Made by a program: the position numbers and the translations under genes. 64,000 nt of DNA. It comes from an uncultured delta proteobacterium (GTDB lineage Bacteria; Desulfobacterota; Binatia; UBA9968). The stretch is taken from the NCBI GenBank assembly GCA_963728565.1, contig CAVSLC010000014.1:32001-96000 (forward strand), in the 5' to 3' direction. This document shows, piece after piece, positions 61,889 through 64,000 of the stretch. The notes beneath the pieces were generated by a model. The model saw only the letters and a program-made list of their open reading frames with translations, was not told the origin of the DNA and ran no database searches. Within the stretch, counting starts at the first letter, position 1. Every line of letters starts with the position of its first letter.

Positions 61889-62833
61889 ATGATACCCTTT
61901 GAATATCGTACGCCTAAAAGTCTCAAGGAAGTGCACGCGACGTTAAAAGAATTCGGATCCGACGCGAAGCTCATCGCCGGCGGCACCTCGCTGGTGATCA
62001 TGATGAGGCAGCGGTTGGTCAGGCCCAGCTGTCTGGTGAGCTTACGGTCCGTGCGAGGGCTGAACAGCATTGAGATTCATGATGGCGGCACCCGGATCGG
62101 CGGCTTGGCCACACATCGCGAAGTGGAGTCGTCCTCTTTGCTGCGCCGCAGATTGCCATTACTCGCGGAAACGTATCACCATGTTGCGACGATTCGGATT
62201 CGTAACATGGCCACTGTCGGCGGCGGATTAGCCCACGCTGATCCCAACCAGGATCCTCCTCCCACTTTGATTGCCCTTGGGGCTACGGTGAAGGCAACAT
62301 CGGCCGACGGGAGCCGGGTCCTTCCCCTAGATGAGTTTTTTACTGACTACTATGAAACCGTTCTCAAACCGGATGAAATCGTCACCGAAGTGTTCATTCC
62401 CAAAATGGCGCCCAACAGCGCCGGCGCCTATTTGAAATTTCTGCCGCGCACCGCGGATGATTATGCAACCGTTTCCGCGGCCGCGGTGCTCACTCTGGAT
62501 AAAACTAGAAGGACGATCAATGACGTGCGCATTGCCTTAGGCAGTGTCGGAGTGACCCCGATCAGAGCCACGGCGGCGGAAGCCGTCTTGCGCGGCCAAC
62601 CTCTAAAAGCGGAAGCTTTTGCCGAGGCCGGAGAAAAGGCCAAAGAGGCGGTTGATCCAGTAAGCGATTTCCGTGGCTCTGCTGCATATAAAAAGGAAAT
62701 GGCTGGGGTGTTCGTTCGGCGCGCGCTGGAGAAAGCTTTGGCCAACCTGCGTCAGCAAGCTAAACCGAAGCCTGCTCTGAAGGCCATCAAGAAGGCCATC
62801 AAAAAGGCCGTCAAGAAAGGGAAAAAACGTTGA
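61889..62833 (+). CDS. Molybdo-flavoenzyme FAD subunit, CoxM/XdhB-type
   Basis: IAGGTSL, IRNMATVGG.LAHADP..D, SDFRGSA.YK; Lys-rich C-terminal tail. Confidence 0.92.
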   Translation: MIPFEYRTPKSLKEVHATLKEFGSDAKLIAGGTSLVIMMRQRLVRPSCLVSLRSVRGLNSIEIHDGGTRIGGLATHREVESSSLLRRRLPLLAETYHHVATIRIRNMATVGGGLAHADPNQDPPPTLIALGATVKATSADGSRVLPLDEFFTDYYETVLKPDEIVTEVFIPKMAPNSAGAYLKFLPRTADDYATVSAAAVLTLDKTRRTINDVRIALGSVGVTPIRATAAEAVLRGQPLKAEAFAEAGEKAKEAVDPVSDFRGSAAYKKEMAGVFVRRALEKALANLRQQAKPKPALKAIKKAIKKAVKKGKKR

Positions 62834-63279
62834 AATTCACTCAGAGTGCGCAGATCCCCGTTGCCCGCGAACCGCTTTGGGAGTTTCTCATGGATGTTCC
62901 GAAAGTGGCCAAATCGCTCCCGGGCGTGGAGTCGGTCCGCAAAATCGATGATAAGACCTATGAAGGAGCTCTGACGGTCCGAGTAGGACCGATCAAACTG
63001 AACCTGCAGGGCAAGATTATCGTTGAAGAGCAAAGCAAAGAGAATTGGCGCGCAGCGCTGCGGGCGGAAGCCAAAGATCGAATGGCCGCAGGCGCCGTTA
63101 ACGGGAAAACCAACATGGTGTTAAAGGAACTCGGCGCCAATCAAACCGAGTTGTTAGTCGACACCGATGTCAACATACTCGGCAAGATCGGTGAATTTGG
63201 CCAGCCGATTATTAGAAAAAAAGCGGACTCTATGCTCAAAGAGTTCGTTGAAAATATCAAGAAGCAACTAACTGCCTAG
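62830..63279 (+). CDS. coxG: Carbon monoxide dehydrogenase subunit G (SRPBCC) family
   Basis: LW.FL.D...A..LPG, RVGPI, GKIGEFG..II.KKA. Confidence 0.85.
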   Translation: MKFTQSAQIPVAREPLWEFLMDVPKVAKSLPGVESVRKIDDKTYEGALTVRVGPIKLNLQGKIIVEEQSKENWRAALRAEAKDRMAAGAVNGKTNMVLKELGANQTELLVDTDVNILGKIGEFGQPIIRKKADSMLKEFVENIKKQLTA

Positions 63280-63402
63280 TGGCCGGCCGCTTTCGATAAC
63301 GCGACGGATTCATTACGTGAGTTTCCTGACGCGGAGCAAAACTCCCTGACGCGGAGCGTCATTGATACTCGTCGCTGACAAGCCGAATGGCCAGCCTGTG
63401 AA

Positions 63403-64000
63403 CTAACGATGCTTCCAATTGGGCGTCCTTTTTTCTAGGAATGCCCGGACTCCCTCATCGACGTCCTCAGTGTGCAACAGTTCATGGCAGTAGATTTCCT
63501 CGGATCGGTTAAGCGCGCCGGAAAAATCTCGCAAAGACAACTCTCGTAAGCCCTTCAGCGCAATCCGCATTACGGCTCCGCTTTTTGAAAGAAGTTCGTC
63601 GAGTAACGATGTCACACCGTCGTCGAATTGATCTTCCGCAAAGACACGGTTGATCAATCCAACGTCAAGCGCTTCTCGGGCGCTATAGCGCCGTCCGGTA
63701 AGAATCATTTCGGCGGCGCGATGGTATCCGATCAGCGTAGAGAAACGCGCTAGCGCAACCGGCGGATAACAACCCACATGTATCTCGGGGGTGGCAAATG
63801 AGCTGTTTTCCGATGCGACGATAAAGTCACAGCAAGTTGCAAGCTCGCAACCGCCGCCGAAACATACTCCCCGAACCGCTGCGATGGTAACCTGTGGCAG
63901 ACCCAACAGCTTGCGAATGACCCGGTGTACGATCTCGAGCATCTCGGGAACCTTTTCCCGGGTGTGATCGCGAACATCCACGCCGGCAGAAAAGGCGCGT
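63403..64000 (-). CDS. Enoyl-CoA hydratase/crotonase family (dienoyl-CoA hydratase-like); runs off window end
   Basis: AFSAGVDV.DH, GGGCEL, PEI.VG.YPP, EG..AFLEKR.P.W. Confidence 0.88.
   Translation of the reverse strand, partial: RAFSAGVDVRDHTREKVPEMLEIVHRVIRKLLGLPQVTIAAVRGVCFGGGCELATCCDFIVASENSSFATPEIHVGCYPPVALARFSTLIGYHRAAEMILTGRRYSAREALDVGLINRVFAEDQFDDGVTSLLDELLSKSGAVMRIALKGLRELSLRDFSGALNRSEEIYCHELLHTEDVDEGVRAFLEKRTPNWKHR

Noticed and set aside
61411-63279. Aerobic CO dehydrogenase
   Set aside because: There is no CoxL, so the AYXCSFR motif cannot be checked; S, M and G subunits are shared by many Mo hydroxylases.

Overview
Bacterial chromosomal window from an uncultured-looking, moderately GC-rich genome. 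Its many NitT/TauT substrate-binding proteins, deacetylases and Rieske/UbiD/hydantoinase genes resemble Binatota/Deltaproteobacteria MAGs; this taxonomy is inference. Many genes carry single-base indels, most likely long-read errors. Left to right: (1) the 3' part of a formate dehydrogenase operon with an NrfD-type anchor, FdhE and small unknown genes; (2) an acetoin/pyruvate-dehydrogenase-like E1a/E1b/E2 operon interrupted by an M24 hydrolase, followed by a NitT/TauT ABC transporter; (3) a hydantoinase/acetone-carboxylase-like cluster; (4) a HEPN-like orphan; (5) a cluster of a GatC-like small protein, amidase, M20 peptidase and amidohydrolase, then a GH13. (6) A ~20.5 kb genomic island (29538-50096) is bounded by a 47-bp direct repeat of the 3' half of tRNA-Gly(CCC). 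It has no intact integrase and carries a truncated nuclease, an HNH gene and catabolic/transport cargo. (7) After the tRNA: aldo-keto reductase, deacetylase, PTPS-III-type pterin synthase, yqeC-mocA, pyrD, NIPSNAP, a PgaC-like GT2 plus TPR/beta-barrel pair with a putative sigma54 promoter, frmA, coxS-M-G without coxL, and an enoyl-CoA hydratase. Non-coding highlights: a multi-branched structured RNA candidate inside the ABC operon, two MITE-like elements, inverted short tandem-repeat arrays and several palindromic operators. All family assignments are from motif recognition, without database searches.
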